Assembly (NCBI GenBank): GCA_016748015.1 | Contig: JAAOMT010000235.1 | Coordinates: 1-64,000 of the forward strand | Length of the DNA stretch: 64,000 nt | Direction: 5' to 3' | DNA from: Geosiphon pyriformis uo1 | Lineage: Eukaryota > Fungi > Glomeromycota | Shown here: one piece after another, positions 1 through 13,129 of the stretch | Layout of the letters: each line of letters begins with the position of its first letter | Numbering within the stretch: the stretch's first letter is position 1 | The notes under the pieces: generated by a model | Told to the model about the DNA's origin: nothing | Seen by the model: the letters and a program-made list of their open reading frames with translations, nothing else | Databases searched by the model: none | Position numbers and translations under genes: made by a program

Positions 1-124
1 GAAAGATACATATTAATTATATAGTTTAACAAAATTTCCAATTTTAAGTACTCCATTGCCTTCAGCAGTCTCAATGAGGTTTATTTGATAATTATTGAAA
101 ATAAATTAAGTTATACCGGGATAT

Positions 125-3100
125 TCATCCATCTTGCAGAATTTCTTTTCCCTGCTCATTTTTCCCCCGATTTTCCCTCTTTTTTTCCGATGCTAAATAA
201 TTTCCCGTGAGAAAGTCTGTTTCGGGATTTTTCCCTAGTGCTTGATATAGGTGGTAAGGAACCAATAACTTCTTTGGTTGACCCAAGGGGTTTTCATTTT
301 GGGTCTGTAACATCATTGATAAACCCTCACCATCATCAATATCATCGTTAAAATCCAATAGCAACGATCGTTCCTTATTTTTCTTCGTTATAGAGACATA
401 GTTTCCGAGTAGGCTTGAATTATTTTTCTCCTCATTTCTATATATCTCTATAGATTTGTTTAAAATATCTTTCAAAAATATTCTTGTCACCTACATTTAA
501 GACAATAAAATATTAATCAGAGATAAAAATCCCCAAAATAAAAAAGCTAAAATTTTACCTGAGCTATAAAATTTCCGGCCACTAAACGCTGTTGCACAGT
601 GATAGACGTGTCACCATTTTCAATTTCTGTACCTACAAAACTCTTCAATCGAAGCTGAAAAATGACATCCCATACCCAACCAATAACATTTAGGTCTGAG
701 GTAAATATAGTTGAAAACCATTGATTTGAATTGTCAGCGGGATTTGCCGAGTTACTTGATGTCGATGGAATATCCTGGAAAGCGGAATTGTTATAATCTA
801 AAACATCAATGTCCATATGTTCCTCTGAAGACCGGGTTATTTAATCATTAATAATTCTCGAGTGACAATAAGCTGATCCATTAACATTAGAGGACCATTT
901 CTTACCATGAGATCCTGCACCGCCTAGGTCGTCAAAAATTTCTTTTGCCAATTTTAAGCTACTCAGTTTGCCGTTTTTCTTCCGCATAATACGCGGCTTC
1001 TTTTTGCACTTAAAAGCCATTGATCCATTATCCTCTAAATCTTTCTTATGCCAAAAATTGGGACATCCACAATATTTACAATATGTCGTGTGCGAAGATT
1101 GGGGCTTTTTGAAAGTAATTAAATCTGATCCTAATGTTTCTCCAATCTCTATGGGGGTGTAATTTTTCCTTCGACACCAATGGACAACATCTTGAGTTGT
1201 TAATGATTTAGCAACTTCGTGGATTTTAGGATTTGACACAGCTTGAGACATCGATTGGACCATCATTCGCATTGCGCGAGCTCTTTGCCACTCTGTGGAT
1301 TTTCGATGTCCTATTTCCCAGGTCAAAAATGTCTCGGCAGAGGCAGCAAATGAATAGGGTAAAGGTGACAGGGAGCAATCTTCAACAACCGAGTTTATAA
1401 TTGGGTAACATCGGACTGCTTCGGTCAATAATGGCTCTAAGAAATCAACATCTAATTCCATTAATTTGGGAGTATTATCTTGAAATTTCGTCGATTCGGC
1501 AAGATCATCGATCAAGGCAGAACTTTTTATTTTTCCAACAACCGTCTGATAGGCGACATTCTTTATTAAATGTGAAGAACTTCTTTCTAGACTTTTTTCT
1601 TTGCGTGGTTCCACGAATTCAGTATTTCTATCTAGCTCAAGATCATACGCTCGTTCGTCTCCCAACCTTTGTTTTCCGCAATGTGTTTCATCCAGCTATA
1701 TTTTCAGTGGAAATTTTATGTAATTAATGTTTTCTTTGAGGTTAAAGCTCAAGATAATACCTACCTTCATTAAATGAATTAAATCTACAGGTTTATTTTT
1801 TTTATCCAAAAAGAACAACTGGGCTCGAACAGGAAATTCCCCCCATCCGTACCGTGTAAGCTGGAAAGGTGGTTCAGTAACATCAACTATATCGTGCGGT
1901 CGATAACTAGGATGTAAGTAGAATCGAACTTTACGGATAAACGACGTAACATTTAATGAATGAGGCGGACCAACTACATAAATCATCCATTTATGTGTAT
2001 ATTTTTGCAGTTTTAAATGCCGTTTTTCGGCTGAGATCCATCTTGACACATTTCCAATCACTATGCGTCGTTTGACATAAAAACGAGAACCCGCGTCAAT
2101 TGGATCAAAAACACTACTACACGCTGGTGTGGTAAATGCCACTGCGGATATTGTTTTGATTTCTTGCGGTAGGCTAATTTGATCTGGAAATTTATTTCCG
2201 CGAAATTTCAAAATAGAGGAGAAAAACGGTTGTTTTCCTGTTAAGGGTATAATTTTTCCAACGTGACCCGATTCTTCTGAACCTTTTCCTACTGCATCAT
2301 ATTTGTCGATTTTCGTGTTTAATGAACCTTTTGTTTGAAATCCACTTATATTAGATGACGCATTGATTGTCACTCCAAAATTCCCCTCGCGTGATTGAGG
2401 GGTTTGTTGACTCGATATTCTTAGCATAGAATTTTCAACAGACTGAAGCATATTAGAATGCATGTCCAATCCATTGAATCGATTATATTGCTGAATCTCT
2501 GCTGAAATATCTATGCTTTCTGAGTCGGATTCACTATATGAGGAAAATGAATCGGTAACATTTCCAGAAGCCAGGTCTAGTTGAGTGAGCGTCAAGTCGA
2601 CAGATACAGGCAAAGAAGCGACCTGAATAGGGCGAGATGTTGTCGTAGGACTCGTAGATTCTAAATTTTTATCCCCAAATAATTCAATGGATGAAAATCT
2701 ACACCCGTCATTAGTGAGGTCATTAACAGACAATTTTGTTGCAGGCTTGCAAAGGTCTTGCTCAGGAATCACGCTTAAGCTGGAACTGGTTTCTTCGGAA
2801 TGACTTAAAGCATCATCTAATCCTAATTCAATATCTTCAATATTCTCATCGTATTCTTTTATTTTTGGCTATAAAAAGTTAAGAATTTGAGGCCTTGAGA
2901 GAAAATGAAAATATCAGATTAAATTTTCCTTACCCTGCATCCGATTGAATATTAATAAATTGAATATTTTATAACGGTAAAAAGAAGGCGGTCAATATAT
3001 TTTCAAACCCTATACCACAAATAAGAAAGTATACCTAGGAGCTTGTTGGGTTTTTTCGCTTTGACTTAAAATTGAGCGGAGAGACGGTGGCCCGGTCAGG

Positions 3101-4238
3101 ATCTTCGATCGAGCTGGATGATCGGGAGGAACAATACTTTCATCCTTGACCGCAAAATGTAAAATCGAGTTTTGATAATATCCAATATAAATTTCCAATT
3201 AATCGCAATTAAAAAAGGTATATTTACCACAGGAGTGCCACATAATAGAAGGGCTTCTTCGTGATTAGGGAATTCGATCTTATGTGACAAACGGCAGTGG
3301 TTAAGAAAGCCTTGAACATTAATAAATCTGGAACGATGACATTCTGGACAAGTTAATCTAGATTTTTAGATAAGAAAAAGTATTTTTAATAAGATAAATA
3401 CAAGCAATAATGAAAAACTGTAAATGGGTTTGGATACACACTTTACAAAAGTTCCATCGTTTCTTCTTGAAAACAAATCTCTACATGGATCAAAGTAAAG
3501 ATAATCTTTGTCTCGGGTCGATACAATTTTTCTAGTCGATTGCCGCTTTGGTATAATTGATGGCATTGAAGAGCCTCGTTCATATACATACGATGTGAGT
3601 GATGAATCAAGCGGAGGTGTATTCGATGGAGCTTTACAAACGATTTACCATTGTTGGTGAAGATATTATCAGGGATAAGGGTCATATTGACACTTTCATT
3701 GGATTATAATTGTACAAATAACAATGATTATAGCCTTGTAATTGGGCTTATCAAACACAAATATCACTGCTCTTTGGATATCAAATCTGACTAAAAAGAA
3801 AACTTTAAGTGATTCGGACGAACCATACTTTGATTCTCTATGAAACAGCGCTTTGTTCCTCTAAGAAGAAAGAAATCTTACCTTCTAGCAAACATTGTTT
3901 TAAATTCAGAAGTGTTTCTTCTACTTTTTCAACCTCTTCTTGAATTTTCTGGAGCTCGTGTTGTCTTAATAATATCTCTAGATCAAACTCTCCATCTATT
4001 ACTCTAGCGGCTTTGGAGATGGTCTTTTCATCTAAAGCCCAAGTGGCAAGAACCGAAGTAATAGAGGTTATTTTAGAAAAGTGAAAGGAAGCGACTTAGG
4101 TAGACGCTGGAGGCATTTGAAACCACCTCTTGGTATTGGCCGTCGTCGCTTTCTTCCCTTAGTATCACGAGAGCTAGAAATCTGATTATCAGTTGTAAAA
4201 TTTTGGTCGCCTTTCTCTGGGGTTGTAAAGAATGACAT
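125..4238 (-). CDS. YEATS2-like chromatin protein, multi-exon (N-terminal coiled coil, Ahc1-type C2H2 finger, YEATS domain, helical domain, C-terminal histone fold)
   Basis: ATG at 4238. Exon peptides: IDGEFDLEILLRQHELQKIQEE; LTCPECHRSRFINVQGFLNHCRLSH; YEATS core THKWMIYVVGP...VRFYLHPSY...PPFQLTRYGWGEFP; WEIGHRKSTEWQRARAMR...WCRRKNYTP; LLVPYHLYQAL...DFLT. GT-AG introns join the ORF-track pieces; stop at 125. Internal exon boundaries are approximate. Confidence 0.88.
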
Positions 4239-5514
4239 TGTACCTTAACAAAAAAAATGCAACTTTTTCAATTTCAAATAGATTCCGAGAATATTTTTAA
4301 ATTCCCATTTTTTATAGCATATTCTGCAAAGCATATCTTCGATTTGAAATTTTTAATGCAGATTTTCCATTTATATTTTTTTCATTATAATAAGTAGCTA
4401 GACCTCCGACAGATTGAACTTTAGTTTTTACAATTTGTGAAAGTTTGTTTATAATTATTAAAGTTTTATTATTATTATTATTATTTTTCTTCTTTTTTGC
4501 AAATATAACTATTTCCAAAAATATTTAGCAAATATCTTGGAAATTAATGATGATAAATAAAAATTAAATTAAATATGTTTAAAAAAAACACAATTCAAGA
4601 TATAACTTATTAACTTATAATAAAAAACTATAATTAAATTTATTAATTAAATTTTTGTTAAATTAAAATAATTTATATTTCTTAAAAAAGACTTAATATG
4701 AATTACAAAAACAGATATTAATAAAGATTTCTAAAAAAAATATGCATTAAACTTTTTTTATATTTTGTTAATAGATAAGTGAAATTTGCTTTTAAAAAGA
4801 AGTAAGATCTAAAGCCAGTTTATCACATGATTTTCCAGTTAAAATGATTTATTATCTTTTTTTGTATGATCGAAAATCTTTCAAACAAGTTTAAACTAAG
4901 AATAAATTTGTATTGCTGCTTTTATTTTCCAATTACTGTAGTATTTTGGACTGATTGTTCAATTATAAATGTTTAGACTTGTAAGTTTTAAGTTAAATAT
5001 TCAGAAATTTTTTGCAATATTTAGCTAAATTAAGTGTTAATTTTTTGAACAATTTTTTGGTTGAAGTTGTTAAAATATTTTTGAATTGTGATTTATTTTT
5101 TGTAAACAATTTTTTTAAGGCTTTTTTTTATTAGAAGTATTTTTATGTTTAAAGTTTTAAGCAATACTGTTTATTCTAAAACAATACATTTTTTAAAAAA
5201 TAAAACATTATTTTTATAAATTAGTTGTTAAACAAAAAAAATTAATGTTTTAACTAAAAGTTTTTTTATTATTAGAAAAAACTAAATTTTAAAAGTTTTA
5301 TGTTTGTATAATTTATTTTTGCTATAATTTTATAAATATTAATTATTTTTATAAAAATAATAACTTTTTTTAATTACTTTTATTTTTTTAATATTTATAT
5401 ATCTAATAATTTTATGGTAATTATTTATATTATAAAGATAATATATTAAAAATTGTTTATTATTGTTAAGAAATATTTATATAATAAATTTTATTTTAAT
5501 ATTATATATATATA

Positions 5515-6205
5515 TTTTTATAATTTATTTAATGAATATAGCTCAGTTACTATTTAGTATACAGAATTAATTAAAGTAATTCTAATTAAATACAACTTAT
5601 ATACTTACTACAGATAACTAATTACTTAAACCAATTTAGACAATATTATACCTATATAAATTACTAAATTATTATTAATACCAAAAAAGAAAACACAAGA
5701 CATATACTTTTTGAAACTTACTGTTACAGACTTGATTATACCAAATATATAAACTATTTCATTCAACAAATCTGCACTTGATCTATCAGCCAACATAAAA
5801 ACCATATTATTATCATTTATTAATTTAGCTTTTTTTAATTTTGACTTATGTTTTGTTCTAATACATTATATTTTATGACAATAAAAATCAATTAACTGGC
5901 AGAAAAAATTTACCAAAACAGAAACAGTCTTTTTTTTATTGTTATAAAATTTTAAAACATTCTTAACCCAGTTTTTAAGAACAAATTTTTTGCAAAAAAT
6001 CATATACAACTTAACATTAAACATACAGAAAAACAAAAACTGCACAAGCTAAGAATATATGAATGCTTTTCTACCAGCTAACAATGACCAAAATTCAATA
6101 TAATCAAGAATTAAATCTCTTTGCCAGTCTATATTATTTGAATACATAAACAAATAATCCCCAACTTTTTATTGCATATTTAATATTTTTCAATTTCACA
6201 CAATA
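5515..6205 (-). mobile_element. Decayed 5'-truncated LINE 3' fragment
   Basis: Minus strand gives degenerate LINE ORF2 C-terminal text (CKKFVLKNWVKNV, resembling LAKEFVLKSWVVN in L-1 at 21.1 kb), then a 3' UTR ending in an A-rich tail near 5515. Boundaries approximate. Confidence 0.6.
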
Positions 6206-6209
6206 ATAA

Positions 6210-7271
6210 ATTAGAAATGAGCACACTAATAAACTGGCTAATTTGGCTTTTTGTTCAAATTTGGTTCTTTTTATTCTGATTAATAAGAAAAATGTTTGTG
6301 CTAATAGAGTGGTAGTGTTTAGTAATGTTTGTCATTTTGTCCAGAATGTTTTTAGAGTTGTTCATTATATGCATTGAAAGGTTGAATCTGGATTTAATGT
6401 TGTAGATACAAATATGTCAAAGAACATAAATTGAATTCAGATTGTCTTAGTTTAGCACTCTAACTTACATATGACAGCTAATTATATGAATAAAATCTTT
6501 GCTGATCTGCATTTGTATTTTATAAAGACTCTGTATTGCTATTTGCCAGTTGTTATTTGAAAGCATTTGTATAATAGGAGATATCTCAATGTGTCATGCC
6601 TCTATTGTGGAAATATGGAAACTTCTGATCATTCTTTTGTGTATTTATTTGATTTTGGTGCTTGTGAGGACCTGGTTGGTGCATGTTCAATTGAGTAAAG
6701 AGCCTTGTTAAGTTTAAGTTTACTGTCATCTTATGTTTTATAGATGTTCTTTTTGTATGCTTTCAACAGCACTGTGTATACTGTTTTGTATAAGGGCTTT
6801 GTGTTTAAAGAATAATGTTTAGAGACTGTGTTCTTTTTCAATAGTGTCAAGGTTACCAATATTAAGATGGTTGATTTTGTGTGAAGTTTAAAGATGGTTT
6901 ATCAGACTGAAATATGGATGGTTAAGGCTAAGTACAGATTAGTAATGGAAAAGAGAGACCTAATTGCACATGATAGTTCAGTATCTTCTGTGGTTCATGG
7001 TTTGTTGATCTTGCTTTCTGGTAATGTTGTCAAGTTGTTTAGAATTATGGAGACACATAGTATCAGTTTTGGTTTTCAAAAGCCATGTGGTTTTTTTTCT
7101 AATACTGATAGTACTGTGGCTGTAATTATAAATTCATAGTGTTGCCTTGATTGGTCTAAGTGACTGGTTACATGTAGAAAGTACATGATTTGGACTTAGT
7201 TTAAATCACTTAGTTTGATGTATTGTGCTAAGTAGCTTTTGGGCCTCACTTATAAAATGATAAAAAAAAAA
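6210..7271 (+). mobile_element. Decayed 5'-truncated LINE 3' fragment with poly(A) tail
   Basis: Remnant of the RNase H end (NEH-T-NKLA for GNEHADKLA), YFIKTLYCYLPV, Cys motif CLYCGNMETSDHSFV, ORF 6894-7139 as C-terminus, poly(A) at 7262-7271. Confidence 0.72.
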
Positions 7272-7611
7272 TTAGAAAATAATTTTCAAAGAATAGATAA
7301 TACTATTTTCTTAATCTTAGAAATAAAACAAATTAAACAAAACAATATTAAAAAAATTATTATTTTGAATTTTAAGCTTGAAAAGTCTAAATATACAAAA
7401 ACAATTGCAATTGTATAATTAACATTAAATATGTAAAACAACATATTTGAAGAAAAAACCAAGGTTAGAACCTATTAATTATTTTTAATTTTTCTATTTC
7501 TTTGAAAACCATCATCCGATACAATGTTAGTCTAAAAATCAGGTGATTGTAGGTAGATGTTAACTGAGTCACATTGAGATTTTTGCTATCTGCACGACAT
7601 GATTCTCTAAT

Positions 7612-10600
7612 ATGATTCCTAACTCTCCCAAACCCTTTACTCGCAAGTTTTCAAAACGGTTTTTAACCTCCAGTGGCATTTTCGGGCCTTCCCGTTTCAA
7701 ACAAAATGTCAACTTAATTATAAAAAAGTCCACTTTTTTCACTTCTGTTACCCGCCGTACCCGTAAAACTCAATCCTCTTTATCTGAGAAAACACGAATT
7801 AGTTTACCCAGTTCCCAGGCTCCCAAGCACCCACAAAAAATTCGCAGAGTTTCGGCACCTCATCCATTGGTCAAAACAGAAAAGTCCACTTCAATTTCTC
7901 CAGTAAATTCTCACTCAACAAAAAAGACACCTTCAGGAAATTATCCGCAAATTACTCAATCTTCGTTTCAGAAAATAGCCCCACCAAGGTTCCCGAATAA
8001 TATAAATAATTTTTTGCCTGAATGGGTCAATCTTGCAAAGCATGAATTGTTACCTCAGAGTAGAAAGCCTGACAAGCGAAGCTTACCGCTAACTACTTCT
8101 AATTCTACAACCACCATTTCTCCCATTGGAACGCCGCCATCTCTGGATTCGAGTGAAATAAAAAATGATGAGAAAGTTCTAATTTTAGACGCTGAAGGAT
8201 CAGACACGAAAATGGAACTTCAAATAGGAGATTTTGTTGAATTACGAAGGCATTTTTTAATTTAAATTTTCTTTGCTCTTTAACATTAAAGGCAAATTTA
8301 TTGATTTTTGTTTCTATAAAAATGTCCAAGAGCTGGGAAAGTTTTTATAGGTATATTGATAAAGCTTCGGAATCGTAGCGAGAATATTCTCAAGAATACT
8401 TCTCTATTACCTAATGGCCATGAAATACTTCATCGAGACGATGATGTTGCTTTTCGTGTTCCTGGTTATGCCTACTCAAAGATAAATGCTTGTGCTCTCG
8501 CTCCGTCTTCACCAATTCCATCAACTTATGGAAGGACTGCATCTAACTTTTTTCAGGCAAGTTTAGCCATGATGCAACTTAAGAACATGGAGTTTCGAAA
8601 AGTTTATTCTCATTATGTATCCCCCAATGAAGATGAACATACTACTGTGTCCATAGCAGATGTTGCTCGATTTGTCTTTCAAACGGATCAACCTCAACAT
8701 ACACAACTTTTTGCAGCACATATTCACCTATTGAAAGATAACATTCATTACACGACTGATCCTTCTTTACTAAGACGTGGGGAAATTCTCGTGAGACCCA
8801 AGTTTGACGTGAGAGCGATTGAAACTGTGCTCAAGTCGATTCGATTAAAGGATGCAGAATTCCTCTCTTTTTTATCAAAATCACAACATATCATTAAAAC
8901 AAACCGTTCTTTGGCAAAACAAAACTGTATCATGCCTTCTCTGGAAAAATCGACAAACATCGCTGAATTCTCCCCTATAGACCAAATGTTCATCAGATTT
9001 ATTCGAATTTCGATTTTCTCAAAGGATTCTATGTCCCATGTCTTATTTGACGCTCCTGTATCAGCGATCCTCAAACCTCTCAAAATTTATAATGGCTTGC
9101 TCGACAGAGATTGCGCGATTCAATTCTTAATGGATATAGGAGTTTGGGCTCCTTGGGAAAATTTAATTGTTTATGAGCCATCGATTGGATTACATGGACA
9201 TGGAAATTCAACTACGAGTGACGATACACATAAAAAATCGTTGGAGTTGGCTCAGAGATTTCTCAAAACTCAACCTCCCTTTGTATATAATGCTTTGGAA
9301 AGTAAAAATAATATCGGCTCGAACAATGTCCCGCCGGGGATTAAAGCTTTATCATTACTTATAAGATCATCACCATCTGTTCTGGGCGCCGAGGAGTTTT
9401 ATCCACGTGACATTTGCCAAGAGATTCGTCATGATTTCGGTAACTTGCGGGTGTATACGATTGATGACATAAACGCTCATGAAATTGATGATGGGATTTC
9501 TATAGAAAGAATTGAATCTACTGGATCAGAACCAGAAAGTATATGGCTGCATATTCATATTGCTGACCCTTCAGCCTATATTCACCCTGAACATCAATTT
9601 GCAAAGGAGGCGAGTATTAGAGGTCAAACCCTTTATTTTCCTGAACGTGTATATCCTATGATGCCCGGGATCTTGAGTGAGCAAAGGTTTAGTCTGGGAG
9701 CTGGAAAAGAATCAGGTGGTCACTGTGTTTTGTCTTTCAGCATTCGGTTAAATAAAGATGGGAGCTTTTTAGAGTACAAGATTCGACCTGGAATAGTTCG
9801 GCAGGTGCAAAAGCTAAATTATGATTATGTAGACACCATTTTGTCTTGGGATAATATTCCTGGGGGCAAAGAAGAAGCAGAATTGATTAAGAAGCATTGT
9901 TACTTTCATCCATCACCGGTCAGTACACCCATGAATAACGAAGGAATATCAGAAATACCCCAAGATACTCGTCGTGATCTTTTGGATTTACAAAAGTTTG
10001 CTACGAATCACCTGAAACATCGTATCAGAAATGGAGGTTTCAATTTCCAATTACCTAGCCCCGTAGTGAGCGTATCACCATTTCCACTACCTGTAACATT
10101 TCCATACCCAAATACACCAACGATATTTTCTGGTTTGCCTAGTATACAAATAACTCTTGATAACTCTGGAACATCACCCTCACATACAATGATAGCAGAG
10201 CTAATGATAATGGCTGGCCGTGCAGCTGCCCAATTTTGTTCGGAACGTCAAATTCCGATTCTATATCGATGTCAATCTATCCCTAGTGAAAATCTAACTG
10301 AACAAGTGAATGGCAGCGTGGACCTAGAGACTGGTTGCATGCCCATTACTCAGGTTTTAAAGACACGTGGATTTATGGGACCTGTAGAGATTAGTGATAA
10401 GTCAGGTCCTCATTGGCTAATGGGTATTCCTAATGGATACTCTAAAGTTACATCTCCATTACGTCGTTTCAGTGATTTAATTGCCCATTGGCAAATCAAA
10501 GCTGCTCTACTTGATCTACAATTCCCTTTTTCGGAAGAACAAATACTGAAAATGGCACCTGTAATTCAAAATCGCGAAAAAGAAGCTAAAAAATTGAATA

Positions 10601-10848
10601 ATACTAGTCTAAAGTTTTGGATGTGTATGTTGATGAAACGGCTGAAGGAATCTGGAAATCTCCTTGAATTCTCTTGCATTTCGCTGGAAGAAATTACTGG
10701 TGAGAAACCAGCATATCCTGTATTAGTAAAGGAGCTAGGGATACAAGCTAGGCTAAAAACTGATCAAAAAAGCCAAGTTGGAGATATTTTAAAGGCTAAA
10801 GTTACTGATGTATTTCCTTATCATCCTAGTCTTGAATTGGCAACGTAA
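7612..10848 (+). CDS. DSS1: Mitochondrial RNase II/RNB-family 3'-5' exoribonuclease (Dss1/Cyt-4-like), 2 exons
   Basis: RNB motifs TIDDINAHEIDDGIS, HIHIADP, RGQTLYFPE, AELMIMA, VTSPLRRFSDLIAHWQIK; basic Ser/Arg-rich N-terminus resembling a mitochondrial presequence; intron 8250-8330 joins the two ORFs in frame. Confidence 0.88.
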
Positions 10849-11117
10849 AAAATATTATCAAAGGGAAATTTTGAGAATTTTCATAAATCTCGTGACTATG
10901 TAAATGATAAACAGTATATATACAAAACTTTTAATTTCAATCGGATATCTTAGGATTTGGTAAGGCTAAGTTAGTATTTCTTTTTCGACATTATATTAGG
11001 CTTCAAGAAGCAAATTTCAGTACACTCAGTATAACCCTAACATTATTCTCTATGTAAAGTTTTGCCTGGGTTAACCAACAAAAAAGTTTCGGTTTATTTT
11101 TTCCCAATTCTCTCTAA

Positions 11118-13129
11118 ATGACCAGTACTCAGAACGTTCATTGTCCAGGTATTGACTACCTTATTGTCATAGATTTCGAGGCTACCTGTGATGAGAACGC
11201 CAACCCACAGGCACTTCAGGTTACCAAGGTAATTTAACACAAATGAAAACCCTATCGTACTTGGTGTTGGTTTGGTTTCGGTCGCTGGGTGCGTTCTCGA
11301 GCCGAATCCTGATTTCTATTTTTTTTCGTACTCCTTGAGAGGTTTAATACATCTCTAACGAGCCTTGAATGGACTTGGCTTCCACCTGTGCTATTCGTTT
11401 TCACCTAACTAGGAAACGGCCGAGATTATTGAGTTTGCTTGGGTTATTGTTGATACCAGCTCCTTGGAAGTGGTGAGCTTCTTATCATCGCTTTATAACA
11501 AACTCATGAGAAATAATTACCCAGTTAATTTATCTTTTTAATAATGCTGGCTATCTCTAGGTATACCAACACACTCAACATGTCAAGCCCGAGGTTACCC
11601 CCTTAACAAATTTTTGTACTACGCTCACCAAAATTACCTGGGAACAGTTAAATTCAGCTGGCACTCTCCAGGAGGCCATCACATCACTAGACAGCTATAT
11701 TCAATCTTTCATAATTGCCGATTCGAAAACTTTTTGTTTCTGTACACATGGAGCTTGGGATCTCAGAATTCAATTACCGCGGGAGGCTAGAGATAAAAAT
11801 ATTGATTTACCCTCATATCTAGCTCATTGTAGAATGTTTGACCTAAAACAAGAGTATCAAAGGTGGCAAGTGCATCATCCCGATGTAAAATTAAAAACTC
11901 AATCCTTGGGGGAAATGTGTGAGGCTTTCGAATTGCCGGTTGTCGGCCCACAACATTCTGGTTTGAATGACTCTTTGACAATGGTCCATATCATTAGATA
12001 CTTTTGCTCTTTCAGTCATCCGGATGTTTTCGTAAATCCAATTGACACCAATGCAGACTTAAATCAATTCAAGAAGGAACAATCGAAAGTGATTCATTTG
12101 GCGGGGTTGCCATTTGATGTCACTCAACCTGAGTTGGAGGCATGGTTTTCTGGTCAAGGGGTTAGACCCCAAATGTTATGGATGATTCGTACTCCAGATC
12201 ATCAGAAACCGAGCGGTTCTGGATTTGGTATATTCGCTACACACGATGATGCGATGGCGTGTTTGAATATGAATGGCCGAACTTTAGGAGATAGAGCTAT
12301 TGAAGTTAGTCCAAGTAGTGAGAGGGTCATCGAGGCAGCGGGAGCAATTCTAGCTCAATTTCCGGTATTTACATATTAATTAGCAAAATCATTGAATTTT
12401 TTGTACCTTTTTATCGATACTCTTATATGATTAAAGATGACGAAAACTCGTCTACGTCCTGGGGATTGGGTTTGTCTTGCCTGCCAATTTCATAATTTCG
12501 CTTCACGCAGAACTTGTTTCAAATGCAATGTCATCAACCCTCATCCTATACCAGTAACGCCCCCCAATTTCACTATCGGTGATTGGATGTGCCCAACTCC
12601 ACAATGCAATTTCCACAACTACGCCTCAAGAACGCAATGTTTACGGTGTGGGAATTTCAAACCACCCAACCTATACGGACCAGCTCCTTCCAACAATGTT
12701 GCCTTTAGACCTGGAGATTGGATGTGTCTTAACCCTAATTGTCTCTTTCAAAATTTTGCATCGAGAAGCCATTGTATGAGGTGTGGTTCCGCCAATCACA
12801 TAGGATTCGAAGCCTACCCAACTGGGGATCATGGAGGGTTTGGTGGTGGTGGACACCCTTCCTCATCACCAGCAGCAGCTCCATTTCGACCTGGTGATTG
12901 GTATTGCCCTGCATGTAATTCCCATAATTTTGCTTCACGATTTCAATGTATTCGTTGTGGAATAGCAAAACCCCCACAAATACCAGGTAGTGTTGCAACA
13001 GCAACTAACATGAAGCCCGGTGATTGGTTGTGCCGTAATGAGATGTGTGGTTATCACAACTTTGCCAAACGGACGCAGTGTGCTAAATGTGGAATGCCTA
13101 ATAGCGGAGATGGCTCCAACGGCTACTAA
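11118..13129 (+). CDS. DEDDh (ERI-1-type) exonuclease + RRM + five RanBP2 zinc fingers (Nrp1/Dri1-like RNA-binding protein), 4 exons
   Basis: ATG 11118; VIDFEATC, EIIEFAW, THGAWDL, HSGLNDS; RRM VIHLAGLPFD...GSGFGIF; five GDWxC-x2/4-C-x3-NF/YA-x-R-x2-C-x2-C repeats; introns start at 11229, ~11473 and ~12365. Confidence 0.88.

Noticed and set aside
4300-5510. Very AT-rich tract as a centromere, origin or gene (ORF 4312-4518)
   Set aside because: No definable repeat unit or coding signal; it may be extremely decayed TE or plain intergenic DNA.
11240-11315. Intronic C/D-box snoRNA
   Set aside because: A CTGA is present but there is no acceptable RTGATGA C box; unsupported without a covariance-model search.
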